This document shows, in pieces, positions 48,812 through 60,524 of a stretch of DNA of 64,000 nt (position 1 is the stretch's first letter; the number at the start of each line of letters is the position of its first letter). The translations under genes were made by a program, and so were the position numbers. The DNA is from Heterodontus francisci. Taxonomy: Eukaryota. The stretch spans positions 26,226,142 through 26,290,141 of the forward strand of contig NC_090413.1 in assembly GCF_036365525.1 (NCBI RefSeq), given 5' to 3'. The notes under the pieces are model-generated. The model was not told where the DNA came from. It made no database searches and saw only the letters and a list, made by a program, of their open reading frames with translations.

Positions 48812-50589
48812 GTAACAAGTCACATTAACCTTCCTGGTTTCACGGTTTTGCCCATTTGCGCTATTAATTATCGTGACAGTTAAGTTGTGGAATGATTAAA
48901 CGTAGTGAGTTAATGCTCCGTTACATCGTGCCTTTCACTCCCCCCACCCCATCCCACTATACCCAATCCCCAAAGCAGATTCCAAGCTTGATTAACCCAA
49001 CAGATGGAATCAGCAATTGAAGGTTCGGTGCTGAGGAAGGAAAGTCACCTTAAGGACAGAAGAGCTCCCCCTTTTTTTTTATCGATCATTCCCACCTATC
49101 CAATTTCTCGCAGCTAGCAGAGTGAACCTGCTCTCTGTCTCAGTTTGACATCTCAACTGAAAGACAGCACCTCCGACACTGCGTGGCTCCCTCACACTGC
49201 ACTGGATTGTCTGTTTAGATTGTGTGCTCAAGTCTCTGGATTGGGGTATGAGCCCGTGACCACCTGATTCAGAAACAAGCGTGCTGAGCCATGGCTGGCA
49301 TCTTGTGTTATTGAGTGGTGTTGGCGAGTAGCTTATGAAAATGATAAATGGCCTCCTTCTGTGCAGTAAATGTTTGTGTGAAATTTCTCATCTAGGACAG
49401 GCCAGAAGAAACACCAAGGGCTGTCTTGTGTTCATTACTTTGCCACTTCCTGTCTCTCTCTTTAGAATTCCTGCTTATTTTGCCTGTTATTTTCTATGTT
49501 GCTCAGTCCTGGAGGGCTTTGAATTCTTGATTTGAAATATATTCAAGTATACACCTGGGCATTGTTCATGAAGTTGAGATGTTGACCTCCTTTAGCATAC
49601 AGCTTCATGTCCAGCTACCTCAGATTCTCCCCTCTTTTAGTGCTGACATGTCAAATGTTACCACATGAGAGAGATCACTTCACAATTCATTAACTCTTGT
49701 AACAGGGACAGGTGCTACACTGCAGCTGTGAATCTTCCTACAGTCTGTGTGCTCTTTGCTAGCCTGTTTAAGCCATGTTGAATGTGATTACATCTCGCCT
49801 GCGAGGAATTGTAGCTGCTATCACTTAAGTTCCGGTGTAGACATAAAAATAGTATCTGTGAATTCTGCAACCTGGAATAAAAGCAGAATGTGGGTGTAAA
49901 TCATCAGCAAGTCTGTCATTGTCTGTAGAGAGTCAAGAGACTAATGATTCATTGAGTTTGAGCTCCCGTGTAATCCTCTTGTGATGTCTATTTTTAATTA
50001 AAATTATGTTTTGAGAAAGAGGTAAGGAACTTGTGTTAAAAATCATTTGCTTATAATTATCAATAGGAGTGCATGGCAAATCACGTGACCTATATGAGTG
50101 AATAACAACAACTTGCATTTATATAGTGTTTTTAACATAGTAAAATGTCCCAAGGCACTTCACAAGAGCGTAATCAAACAAACTTTGACACCAAGGCATG
50201 TGAGCTCTCAGGACAGATGGGTCAGAGGTTGGTTTTAAGGAGGAGCGAGGCAGAGAAATGTAAGGAGGAAATTCCAGACCTTAGGGCCTCTGCACATGAA
50301 GGCACGTCCGCCAATGGTGGAGCGATGAAAATTGGGTATGTGTAAAAGGCCAGAATTGGAGTGACGCAGAAGTCGTGGAGAGTTGTAGGGCTGGGGAGGT
50401 TACAGAGATAAAGAGGGCTTTAATTGAAAGGGTAGGAAACAGCCCCAAAACATTGACAGCAAAAGAGAAAAGTGCATTGGCTTCCTCACTGGAGTTTGTC
50501 ATCAGTCAAGCATGTTGTGCCCTTGTGGGTAATGATCACACTCGATCTGTAATCTTGTCTATGTCTGTCTGTTGCTGACTTGTAGGTAG

Positions 50590-53052
50590 TTTTTTTTTAA
50601 ATTCATTCATGGGATGTGGGTGTTGCTGGCTATGCCAGCATTTATTGCCCATCCCTAATTGCCCTTGAGAAGGTGGTGGTGAGCTGTCTTCTTGAACCGC
50701 TGCAGTCCATATGAGGTAGGTACACCCAGAGTGCTGTTAGGAAGGGAGTTCTAGGATTTTGACCCAGCGACAGTGAAGTAAGGGCGATATAGTTCCAAGT
50801 CAGGATGGTGTGTGACTTGGACGGTAACTTGCAGGTGGTGTTCCCATGCATCTGCTGCTCTTGTCCTTCGAGGTGGTAGAGGTCGCGGGTTTGGAAGGTG
50901 CTGTCTAAGGAGCCTTGGTGCGTTGCTGCAGTACATCTTGTAGATGGTACACACTGCTGCCACTGTGCGTCGGTGGTGGAGGGAGTGAATGTTTGTGCAT
51001 GGTGTGACGATCAAGCAAGCTTCTTAGTCCGGATGGTGTCGAACCTCTTGAGTGTTGTTGGAGCTGCACCCATCCAGGCAAGTGGAGAGTATTCCATCAC
51101 ACTCCTGACTTGTGCCTTGTAGATGGTGGACAGGCTTTGGGGAGTCAGGAGGTGAGTTACTCACCACAAGATTCCTAGCCTCTGACCTGCTTTTGTAGCC
51201 ATGGTATTTATATGGCTACTCCAGTTCAGTTTCTGGTCAATGGTAGCCCCTAGGATGTTGATAGTGGGGGATTCAGCGATGGTAATGCCATTGAATGTCA
51301 TGGGGAGATGGTTAGATTCTCTCTTGTTGGAGATGGTCATTGCCTGGCACTTGTGTGGCGCAAATGTTACTTGCCACTTATCAGCCCAAGCCTGGATATT
51401 GTCCAGGTCTTGCTGCATTTCTACACGGTATGTTTCAGTATTTGAGGAGTCGCGAATGGTGCTGAACATTGTGCAATCATCAGCGAACATCCCCACTTCT
51501 GACCTTATGATTGAAGGAAGGTCATTGATGAAGCAGCTGAAGATGGTTGGGCCTAGGACACTACCCTGAGGAACTCCTGCAATGATGTCCTGGAGCTCAG
51601 ATGATTGACCTCCAACAACCACAGCCATCTTCCTTTGCACTAGGTATGACTCCAACCAGCAGAGAGTTTTCCCCCTGATTTCCATTGACCTCAGTTTTGC
51701 CAGGGCTCCTTGATGCCATACTCTGTCAAATGCTGTCTTGATGTCAAGGGCAGTCACTCTCACCTCACCTCTTGAGTTCAGCTCTTTTGTCCATGTTTGA
51801 ACCAAGGCTGTAATGAGGTCAGGAGCTGAGTGGCCCTGGCAGAGCCCAAACTGAGTGTCAGTGAGCAGGTTATTGCTAAGCAAGTGCTGCTTGATGACAC
51901 CTTCCATCACTTTACTGATGATTGAGAGTAGACTGATGGGGTGGTAATTGGCCGGGTTGGACTGGTCCTGCTTTTTGTGTTAGGACATACCTGGGCAATT
52001 TTCCACATTGCAGGGTAGATGCCAGTGTTGTAGCTATACTGGAACAGCTTGGCTAGGGGTGCGGCAGGTTCTGGAGCACAGGTCTTCAGTACTATTGCCG
52101 AAATATTGTCAGGACCCATAGCCTTTGCAGTATCCAATGCCTTCAGTCGTTTCTTGATATCACGCGGAGTGAATCGAATTGGCTGAAGTCTGGTATCTGT
52201 AATGCTGGGGACTTCAGGAGGAGGCGGAGATGGATCATTAACCTGGCTGAAGATTGTTGCAAATGCTTCTGCCTTATCTTTCGCACTGATGTGCTGGGCT
52301 CCCCCATCATTGAGGATGGGGATATTTGTGGAGCCACCTCCTCCATTTAGTTGTTTAACTGTCCACCACCATTCATGACTGGCTGTGGCAGGACTGCAGA
52401 GCTTAGATCTGATGCGTTGGTTATGGGATTGCTTAGCTCTGTCTATTGCATGCTGCTTGTGCAGTTTGGCATGCAAGTAGTCCTGAGTTGTAGTTTCACC
52501 AGGTTGACACCTCATTTTGAGGTATGCCTGGTGCTGCTCCTGGCATGCCCTCTTGCACTCTTCATTGAACCAGGGTTGGTTTCCTGGCTTGATGGTAATG
52601 GTAGAGTGGGAGATATGCCTGGCCATGAGGTTACAGATTGTGTTTGAGTACAATTCTGCTGCTGCTGATGGCCCACAGCGCCTCATTAATGCCCAGTTTT
52701 GCATTACTCGATCTGTTCGAAATCTATCCCATTTAGCACGGTGATAGTGCCACACAACACGATGGACGGTATCCTCAATGTGAAGGCGGGACTTCGTCTC
52801 TACAAGGACTGTGCGGTGGTCACTCCTACCAATAATGTCATGGACAGAAGCATCTGCGACAGGCAGATTGGTGAGGACACGGTCAACTATGTTTTTCCCT
52901 CGTGTTGGTTCCCCCACCACCTGCTGCAGACCCAGTCTAGCAGCTATGTTCTTTAGGACTCGGCCAGCTCGGTCAGTTGTGGTGCTACCGAGCCGCTCTT
53001 GGTGATGGACATTGAAGTCCCCCACCCAGAGTACATTTTGTGCCCGTGCCAC
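50590..53052 (-). mobile_element. LINE family B (CR1-clade), longest copy: partial APE + RT
   Basis: VGDFNVH, SDHRTV, GVPQGSVLGP, MFADD in ORFs 51907-53052 and 51161-51910; poly-T/attc tail at about 50590. Confidence 0.95.
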
Positions 53053-53093
53053 GAGATCTACTCTTTAACTTTGTGTCTCCGTTCTGTCGACAG

Positions 53094-53203
53094 GCAATAT
53101 AGTTGGAGTGGGACAGTGCCTGCTGCATGGCCTGACTGTCGTGATCAAAAAGAAGTTCTCAGCCAGCCGATTCTGGGACGATTGCGTGAAGTACAACTGC
53201 ACG
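53094..53203 (+). CDS. SLC27A1: SLC27A1 coding exon 6
   Basis: ctgtcgacag| ... ACG|gtcagt; [37 protein letters not shown]. Confidence 0.96.
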
Positions 53204-53793
53204 GTCAGTGTTTACCAGCCTCATTCTGCTGACTTACTGGGGCTTCCTGCCCAGCATTCGCATCTCCTCCTCGCCCTCTTTGGGGGTTTCCTGCCTGTTT
53301 GCTAACAATGCCCACAGCAGCAGGACTGCGCTGAGCCAGCGCTTTAAATAAGAGCATATGAAATAGGCACAGGAGTAGGGCATAAGAACCCTCAAGTCTG
53401 CTCTGCCTTTCAATAAGATCATAGCTGATCTCCCTCAACTCCACGTTCCTACCTGATCTCCATATCTCTTGATTCCCATTGTGCTCTCTAATCTATCAAT
53501 CTCAGTCTTGAATATAATAAATGACAGAGCATCCACAGCCCTCAGGTAGTGAATTCTAAAGATTCACAACCCTCAATTAAGAAATTCCCCTTCATCTCAG
53601 TCCTGAATAGCTGACCCCTTATCCTGAGACTATACCCCCTAGTTCTGGACTCTCCAAATAGGGTGGAAGAACGAACAGGATAGTTTGGCCATTCTGTACA
53701 ATTCACTAACCTCAGCAAGCTGAACTCAGCGTTGTCATTGCATTGGGCTGAGGCTAAATTACTTGCTGCCATCGAATCAAACATCCAATATAT

Positions 53794-53832
53794 GAGTTCT
53801 GATGAAAGGTCACAGACCTGAAATGTTAACTC
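53794..53832 (+). ncRNA. Minimal type I hammerhead ribozyme motif within a Penelope-like repeat (about 53790-53895)
   Basis: GAGTT-CTGATGA-A-AGGTC(ACA)GACCT-GAAA-TGTT-AACTC: stem I GAGTT/AACTC, full core CUGAUGA and GAAA, stem II AGGTC/GACCT, loopless stem III, GUU cleavage triplet. Confidence 0.7.
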
Positions 53833-54219
53833 TTTCTCTCTCTCCACCGATGCTGCCAGACCTGCTGACTACTTCCAGCACTTTCTGTTTTTAATCCGAT
53901 ATTTTAGGTTTTCTCGCCTTCTTTCCTGCTGTTGCTAATTCTGAGGTACAGCTCCTCGCGTAGTCCAACCCAAGTAACCCCTCATAGTGCCCGAGCTGAG
54001 AGATTGAGTCTCAGAATAAAGCTGCTATCATTGGTTAGAGATTTACAACAGTCCATACAAGCAGCAGTGGCAAAACTCCTGCAACACAGAGGCTAGCAGT
54101 AGCACTCCTGCCACCAGTGATGCTGGCATCCGTAAGCTCACCACAGAACATTAATGACACCGGGTGAATCACAAAGGCAAAAAATAAAGTGGGCAAGTGT
54201 ATTCTTGCTCAAAGGCAAT

Positions 54220-54830
54220 GGGAGGAGGCGATTCAGTCCCTTGAGCCTGTTCCACCATTCAGTTAGATAATGGCTGGTCTGTATCAACTCATTCTACCCA
54301 CCTTGGTTCCACACCCAATACCCTTAACCAACAAAAATCTATCCTCCTCAGTTTCAACATTTTCAGTTTGACCCCCCACCACCCTGCCCAGCCTCAACAG
54401 CATTTTGGGGGAGAGAGTTCCAGATTTCCACGACGCTTTATGTGCATAAGTGCTTCCTGACATCACCGCTGAACAGCCTAGCTCAGATTTTAAGGATATT
54501 CCCCCTTGTTCTGGACTCCCCCCACCAGAGGAAATAGTTTCTCTATGTCTACCCTATCAAATCCTTCAATCATCTTAAACGCCTTGATTAGATCACCCCT
54601 TAATCTTCTATAGTCAAGGGATTACAGGCCAGTTTATGCAACCGGTCCTAATTTAACCCTTTTCAACCTGGTTTCATTCTGGCGAATCTGCGTTGCACTT
54701 CCACCTAGGCCAGTGTATCCTACCTGGGTGTGGTGCCCATACTGAACACAATACTCCACATGGAGGGCTAGCCGGAGGCTTATATAACTGTAACCTAACT
54801 TCCATCCCTTTGTATTCCAGCCCCCTTGCC
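54220..54830 (-). mobile_element. Older CR1 3' fragment
   Basis: Antisense CR1 ORF2 C-terminus and tail. Similar relics at about 70-260, 9480-10100, 17515-17940, 20710-20990, 22055-22450, 33850-34225, 44900-45350, 53355-53660 and 59910-60250. Confidence 0.8.
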
Positions 54831-54875
54831 ACTAGCCTCTCTGTCTAAATGTAACGTGTGACGCTTGCCCTTCAG

Positions 54876-55085
54876 ATTGTTCAGTACATCGGGGAGATCT
54901 GCCGCTACCTCCTCAACCAGCCGGTCCGCCATGCCGAGTCTCAGCACCGTGTCCGCATGGCCATAGGTAATGGATTGAGACCCTCCGTCTGGGAGTCCTT
55001 CACCAATCGCTTCCACATCAAGCAGATGGCAGAGTTCTACGGGGCCACCGAGTGCAACTGTGCCATCGCCAACCTCGATGGCAAG
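54876..55085 (+). CDS. SLC27A1: SLC27A1 coding exon 7
   Basis: cccttcag| ... AAG|gtgggt; [13 protein letters not shown]...GNGLRP...[18 protein letters not shown]. Confidence 0.96.
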
Positions 55086-55786
55086 GTGGGTACTGAGCCG
55101 CTTTACCCCACCTCACTCTGGGAACTCCTTGGCCAGTCGATGAGCCCATGCGCTCACCAGCCAAGCAGAAAGAAAACGGGAGCCTTTTTTCAACTGTTTG
55201 GACTGCCCGAATTTGGAGGAAAGAAGTAGGAAGTGTTCCATTTCATAGCAGCGACTCACTACAACTTGATAAATAGTAACTTTCAGCCCCCATCCTCAAA
55301 AGAGATTGGCTGCATATCGTGATCCCACGTCCCCCGCCAGGATGGAGACGATTGGGTAATGTCCCCCTACCCCGGTCAATCATGCTTGGAGTCCAAACTG
55401 CTTAAGTGGCTGGAATGGATTTTTACGAACACAATTTGTATTCAACTATCCTCCACTCACTGTATTTTGCTGGAGGAATACTCTGCTGTACTCGGGAGAC
55501 TCCTTTTGCTGTAGTTTCAGTAATGAGATCAGAGACTCTAAATTCAAAGCATAAGTCCTGTCCCTGTCCAGCTCCAACTCATTTGCTGACAGAGTGGTGT
55601 CAATATTCACGCTTTTAAAAAAAATCTTAAAATCGGAAGAAAACTACACTTCTCTGGGTAATTTAGAAAATAGGGCAGCAAAAGAGGCTCAACTGGCGAT
55701 GATGTGATGTCGGTATATTGCTGCATATTTAACTGTTAAGTCAGTTCAGTACCTAATCGAAATGCTACCTGCACTTGCCTCTGTAG

Positions 55787-55913
55787 GTAGGGGCCTGTGG
55801 GTTCAACAGTCGGATCTTGCCCCACGTGTACCCTATCCGTTTGTTGAAGGTTAATGAAGATACCCTCGAGCTTATCCGTGATCCCAGTGGTCTCTGCATC
55901 CCCTGTAAACCAG
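55787..55913 (+). CDS. SLC27A1: SLC27A1 coding exon 8
   Basis: ctctgtag| ... CAG|gtaatt; [32 protein letters not shown]. Confidence 0.96.
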
Positions 55914-56964
55914 GTAATTGTCAAGAACCTCGGCTGTCGCATGCTAATACATCTCGGGGAGATTCTCTGCTTAGAATAAGGCCTTGCTGCTGTTTCCAGT
56001 GTAGATGGTTGGTTGTTTTACACCAGTGCCTCCACCACCCCCATGAACCCCATCCAGTGTACTCTCCAGGCAGATACAGCACCGCGAGGTACAATGCAAA
56101 CCTCTCCTCTGCCGCTAAGGTGCATGAGGGTTATTGCCACTTCCTACAGCAGCTGTCGTGATAGCTCCTTCCAGTGAGGGTATTAACTTGCATCACAAGA
56201 TCTACCCTGCAGGTTCAGTTATGGGCAACGTGGGATCATTTTTCCATCAACTGAACTCGAACCAGGGACCAGTGCAATGTACTGATGAGGCTGTTTCACT
56301 TTCATGTGAACTTGTCACCATCTACTGGAGTAAAGCAAAATTGCATCCTGTGTTTCTTACCATTCAAGACATTGCAGCCGAACCACAGTGTTTGTATCTG
56401 AACAGATTCCATTCCACATCATGCCCAGCCTTCTCCTGCAAATGCTGAAGTCTACTTTACATATACCACGTACTTCCTCGCAGGCTTTTGCTGTTTAGAT
56501 CCACGCATAAGGCATGTGCACAGAAGCTGTGGCTGTGTTTTCCAATTTATACAGTGGCTGTCTGGGTTTGGATCCTCCTGGCTATACTGCACAGAGTTGT
56601 TATTGCAGCAAGCTTCCCCTTCAAACTAGGACACAACATTCCTGCTTTACCTCCTTTCAGATGCTGTCTTCTTCATCTGAATTTCCATAACATTGGCAGA
56701 GGTGAAACTAGAAAGAGACCTGGAAGAGAAAGTGACAAGACTTCCAAAAGCAGTTAATTGGCTGTAAAGCACTTTGGAACATCCTGAGGTCCTGAAAGGT
56801 GCTATGTAAATGCAAGTTCTTTCATTCCTTGCTCTGCATGGATGGGCTGCCACAGTCTGGGCTCAGGCAACAGCTCTCTGCTGCTTCATCCCATGGGGCT
56901 GGGTTGTGTGGATTCTGTGATTGATTTCACCAATTTTTGACCATTTCCTCCTTTTGTGAAACAG

Positions 56965-57102
56965 GTGAGCCCGGGCAGCTGGTCGGCCACATAAACCAGC
57001 AGGACCCTCTTCGCCGGTTTGACGGGTACGCCAATGAGTCTGCCACAACCAAGAAGATTGCGTACAATGTGTTTAAGAAAGGAGACAGCGCCTATCTGTC
57101 AG
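56965..57102 (+). CDS. SLC27A1: SLC27A1 coding exon 9
   Basis: gaaacag| ... CAG|gtacta; [46 protein letters not shown]. Confidence 0.96.
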
Positions 57103-57189
57103 GTACTATCTACTGTAAAGGTACAGCACATGGCACAAAGAATGAGTGCAATACATTTTACACACGTTCTCTTGTACTAGATGTGTGTT

Positions 57190-57890
57190 CAGCTGTGGGT
57201 CAGTTGGTAGAACTCGCCTCTGAGTCAGAAGGTTGCGGGGTCAAGTTCCACTCCAGAGACTTGAGCACAAAATCCAGGCTGGCACTCCTGGTGCTGCACT
57301 GTCAGAGGTGCCGTCTTTCGAAAGAGATGTTAAACCGAGGCCCTGTCTTCCCCCCTCAGCTGGAAGTAAAAGATCCCATGGCAGTACTTTAGAAGAGCAG
57401 GGACGTTCTCCCCAGTGTCCTGCCCAATATTTATTAAATATTCACTAAAACAGATTAACTGGTCATCTGTCCCATTGCTGTTTGGCTTCCGTGTTTCCTA
57501 CATTGCAACAGTGTCTACCCTGCCAAAGTACTGCATTGCCTGTGAGATGCTGTGGGGCGTCCTGAGGTCATTTGGTTCAGTGGATCATACTCTCGCCTCC
57601 TGAGTTAGACGGTCGTGCATTCAAGGCTCTTTCCAGAGACTTAAGCACAAAATCTAGGTCGACAGTCAGTGCCTTCCTGTTCAAATTGGTGCAAGAGATC
57701 CCATGGTGGTGTTTGTAGCAGAATGGGTGAAATCTCCCAGAAATCGCCCCCGACAAGTTTCCTTTAACTAACCCCACGAAAATGCGAATAATTACTTTGC
57801 TGTTTGGGGGACCTTGCTGTGCCCCAATGTGCTGCTGCGTTTGCCTACATAACAGTAGTGACTGTAGTCCATTGCCTGTGAAGTTCTTGA
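57190..57890 (+). mobile_element. Two adjacent Deu-domain-type SINE copies
   Basis: Heads at about 57190 and 57575 (ctcgcctctgagtcagaagg / ctcgcctcctgagttagacgg). Confidence 0.75.
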
Positions 57891-58056
57891 GATTTCCTGT
57901 ATCCCATTGGGAGTTCCTTCATTCCTTTGATCTTTCTATCTTGCCTGCCTCTCTGCCAAGTGTCTTGAAAAAACCTGAGCTTTTCACATTGTTACATTTT
58001 TCCTTATTCCTGTTTAACTCCGGTGACCCTTTTCCTTCCCTTTCCCTCGCCCGCAG

Positions 58057-58221
58057 GTGATGTTCTGGTTATGGACGAGCTCGGCTACATGTATTTTAAG
58101 GACAGAAGCGGCGACACTTTCCGGTGGCGAGGGGAGAACGTTTCGACCACGGAAGTGGAGGGGTGCCTCAGTCACCTCCTGAACATGACTGATGTGGCAG
58201 TATATGGGGTGGAAGTACCAG
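58057..58221 (+). CDS. SLC27A1: SLC27A1 coding exon 10 (FACS motif)
   Basis: cccgcag| ... CAG|gtaggc; [35 protein letters not shown]. Confidence 0.97.
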
Positions 58222-58738
58222 GTAGGCAGGGCATTCTGTCCCCGGGCTGCAACACTCACCTGTTCTCAAATGTTGACTTTCCTTTTAAGCAGGGCACCCA
58301 AGCTACAGCGTGCAAGCTTTAGCAAACTATGGTGCGGTGGAGGGAGTGAATGTTTAAGCTGGTGGATGGGGTGCCAATCAAGCGGGCTGCTTTGTTCTGA
58401 TTGAGTGTTATTGGAGCTGTGATAAATGGAAATGAATGCAAATTACATTTTATATGTGGCCTGCAATACTTAGCGTGCAGTTGCAATAATGTTTTTGGTT
58501 TTGTTCCAACGCGCAGCTCATTCTGATTGAGAATTCAGCAACGATTTACATTGCTGCTCAGGTAAACAGCATTCAGCACTCTCCCCTCATTCACTGCACA
58601 TCCCTGAGCTTTGAACACCACTGATGAACAATAAAACGAGAGCAGCGAGCAAGAGGAGAGTTTTAGTCTAGTTATTCATTTGAAGTTTGCTATTGCCTGC
58701 CGTATTTTGTTGATGTGCAACTAACTGGCTGAACCCTT

Positions 58739-59355
58739 CTGGAATTTGGAATACACTCAGCTGGTCAGGCAGCAGCTGTGGAGAGGGGAACAGTGTTAAT
58801 ATTTCGGGTTGATGACCTTTTGTTAGAACTGAAAGATACTGGCAATGAACAGCTTGTAATTTGAGGGGTACAGTAACATCGTGGTTATGTTACTGGGCTA
58901 GTAATCCAGAGGCCTGGGCTAATAACCTCGAGTTGTAAAAACCCATCTGGTTCATCTGGAAATTGCCGTCCTTACCCGGGCTGGCCTCTATGTCCCTCAA
59001 GACCCACAGCAATGTGTTTGATGTTTAACTGCCTTCTGAAATGGCCTAGTGATCCACTCAGTTGTATTCAAGAAGGTGTCTCACCCCCACCACCTCCAGA
59101 GCAATTAGGGATGGGGAATAAGTGCTGGCCTTGCCAGCGACAGCCACGTCCCGTGAATGATTTTTTAAAAAAAGTGTCCCTATCCCTGTACTTGCTTAAC
59201 AACCATTAATCTCTAGCATTTTCCAGTTCTGACGAGAAGTCACCAAACTGAAATTTTAACTGTTTCTCTCTCCACAGATGCATGCCTGTCCTGCTGAGTG
59301 TTTCCAGCATTTACGGTTTTGATTTTAGACTTCCAGCATCCTCAGTATTTTTTCC
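58739..59355. mobile_element. Inverted pair of Penelope-like repeats (58739-58831, 59224-59355) with a SINE between them
   Basis: Arms are reverse complements of each other and homologous to 53790-53895. Confidence 0.6.
58865..59172 (+). mobile_element. tRNA-derived SINE with a LINE family B tail
   Basis: tRNA-like head (taacatcgtggttatgttactgggctagtaatccagagg); 3' end gcaattaggggatggggaataagtgctggcc...cccgtgaatga matches 40851-40910. Confidence 0.65.
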
Positions 59356-59397
59356 GTTTTCTCTTTCACTGACGTTTCTGTTCTGTTCTCTTGCTAG

Positions 59398-59544
59398 GTG
59401 TGGAAGGGAAGGCTGGGATGGCCGCGATAGCTGATCCCGAGAACAAAATCAACCCTGACCTCTTCTACCAGAACCTGCTGAAGGTGTTGCCCCCATACGC
59501 CAGGCCAGTGTTCCTCCGGATCCTCCCTGTTGTCGACACCACAA
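59398..59544 (+). CDS. SLC27A1: SLC27A1 coding exon 11
   Basis: ttgctag| ... ACAA|gtacgt; [13 protein letters not shown]...[19 protein letters not shown]. Confidence 0.96.
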
Positions 59545-60524
59545 GTACGTAGCTAACTGCATGTGGCAGATAACCCCTGGAGTCAGTCCTGTGGATTCTG
59601 GAGTATTAATGTCCGCTTTCATTTCTGCCTTTACAAAAGCCTATATATTTTGTAGCCTCACCAGGAAGAGCAACACATCTCGCCCCTTGAATAGGTCTCT
59701 TGTGACAGACCTTGATAATCCCAAACTTGGCAACACAGAGGAGTGCTTTCCAGGAGAGGGGGGAGAAAGGCTTAAACACAAGCCAGTTCCCAGCTGTTTG
59801 AAGAGCAGGCAAGGTAGAAGTCTGGGGTACAGGCCACGCCTCTGCCCTTGCAATTGTGAGGACCTTGACTGGAGTTTAATTTTGTTTGGTAATGCGCTGG
59901 TTAATTGGGAACAGCCCCTCGCACCTGTTCCACCATTCAGCTAGATCGTGGCTGATCTGTATCTTAACTCTTATCTACCGACCTTGGTTCTGTAACTCTT
60001 AAAACTCCTACCTAACAAAAATCTATCAAACACAAGTTTGAAATTTTCAGTTGATCCCCAGCCCTCAAGAGCTTTTTGGGAAGAGATTTCCGCTACCCTT
60101 TGTGTGAATAAGTGCTTCCTGACATCACCCCTGAATGGCCTGGCTCTGATTTTAAGGTTATTCTGGTCTCCCCCCCGCCATCCTCCCCATCAGAACAAAT
60201 AGCATAGATCGCAAGTCACCATCAAATCCTTTAATCATCTTAAACACCTCCTCATTTATCTGCTATTTGAATGCATTCATAGGCTCTTTGTTCTCTGATA
60301 TCCTCAAGTTTGTCATTACTTCCCTGCTTTCGACTCATTTCTCCAGAAAATACATGCTTAAATCCTTTCAGTCCAAACTTCTGCCCATGTCAGCACTGAA
60401 ATCATCTGACCACAATCATGAGTGGCATCCTCTGTGACTGATCATAGCTCATTATCCCTCCTTGTTCCCCTCCATCTTTCTGCAGTGTTTGACACTCTAC
60501 CTCTTCTGCTTCTATCATTGTCCC

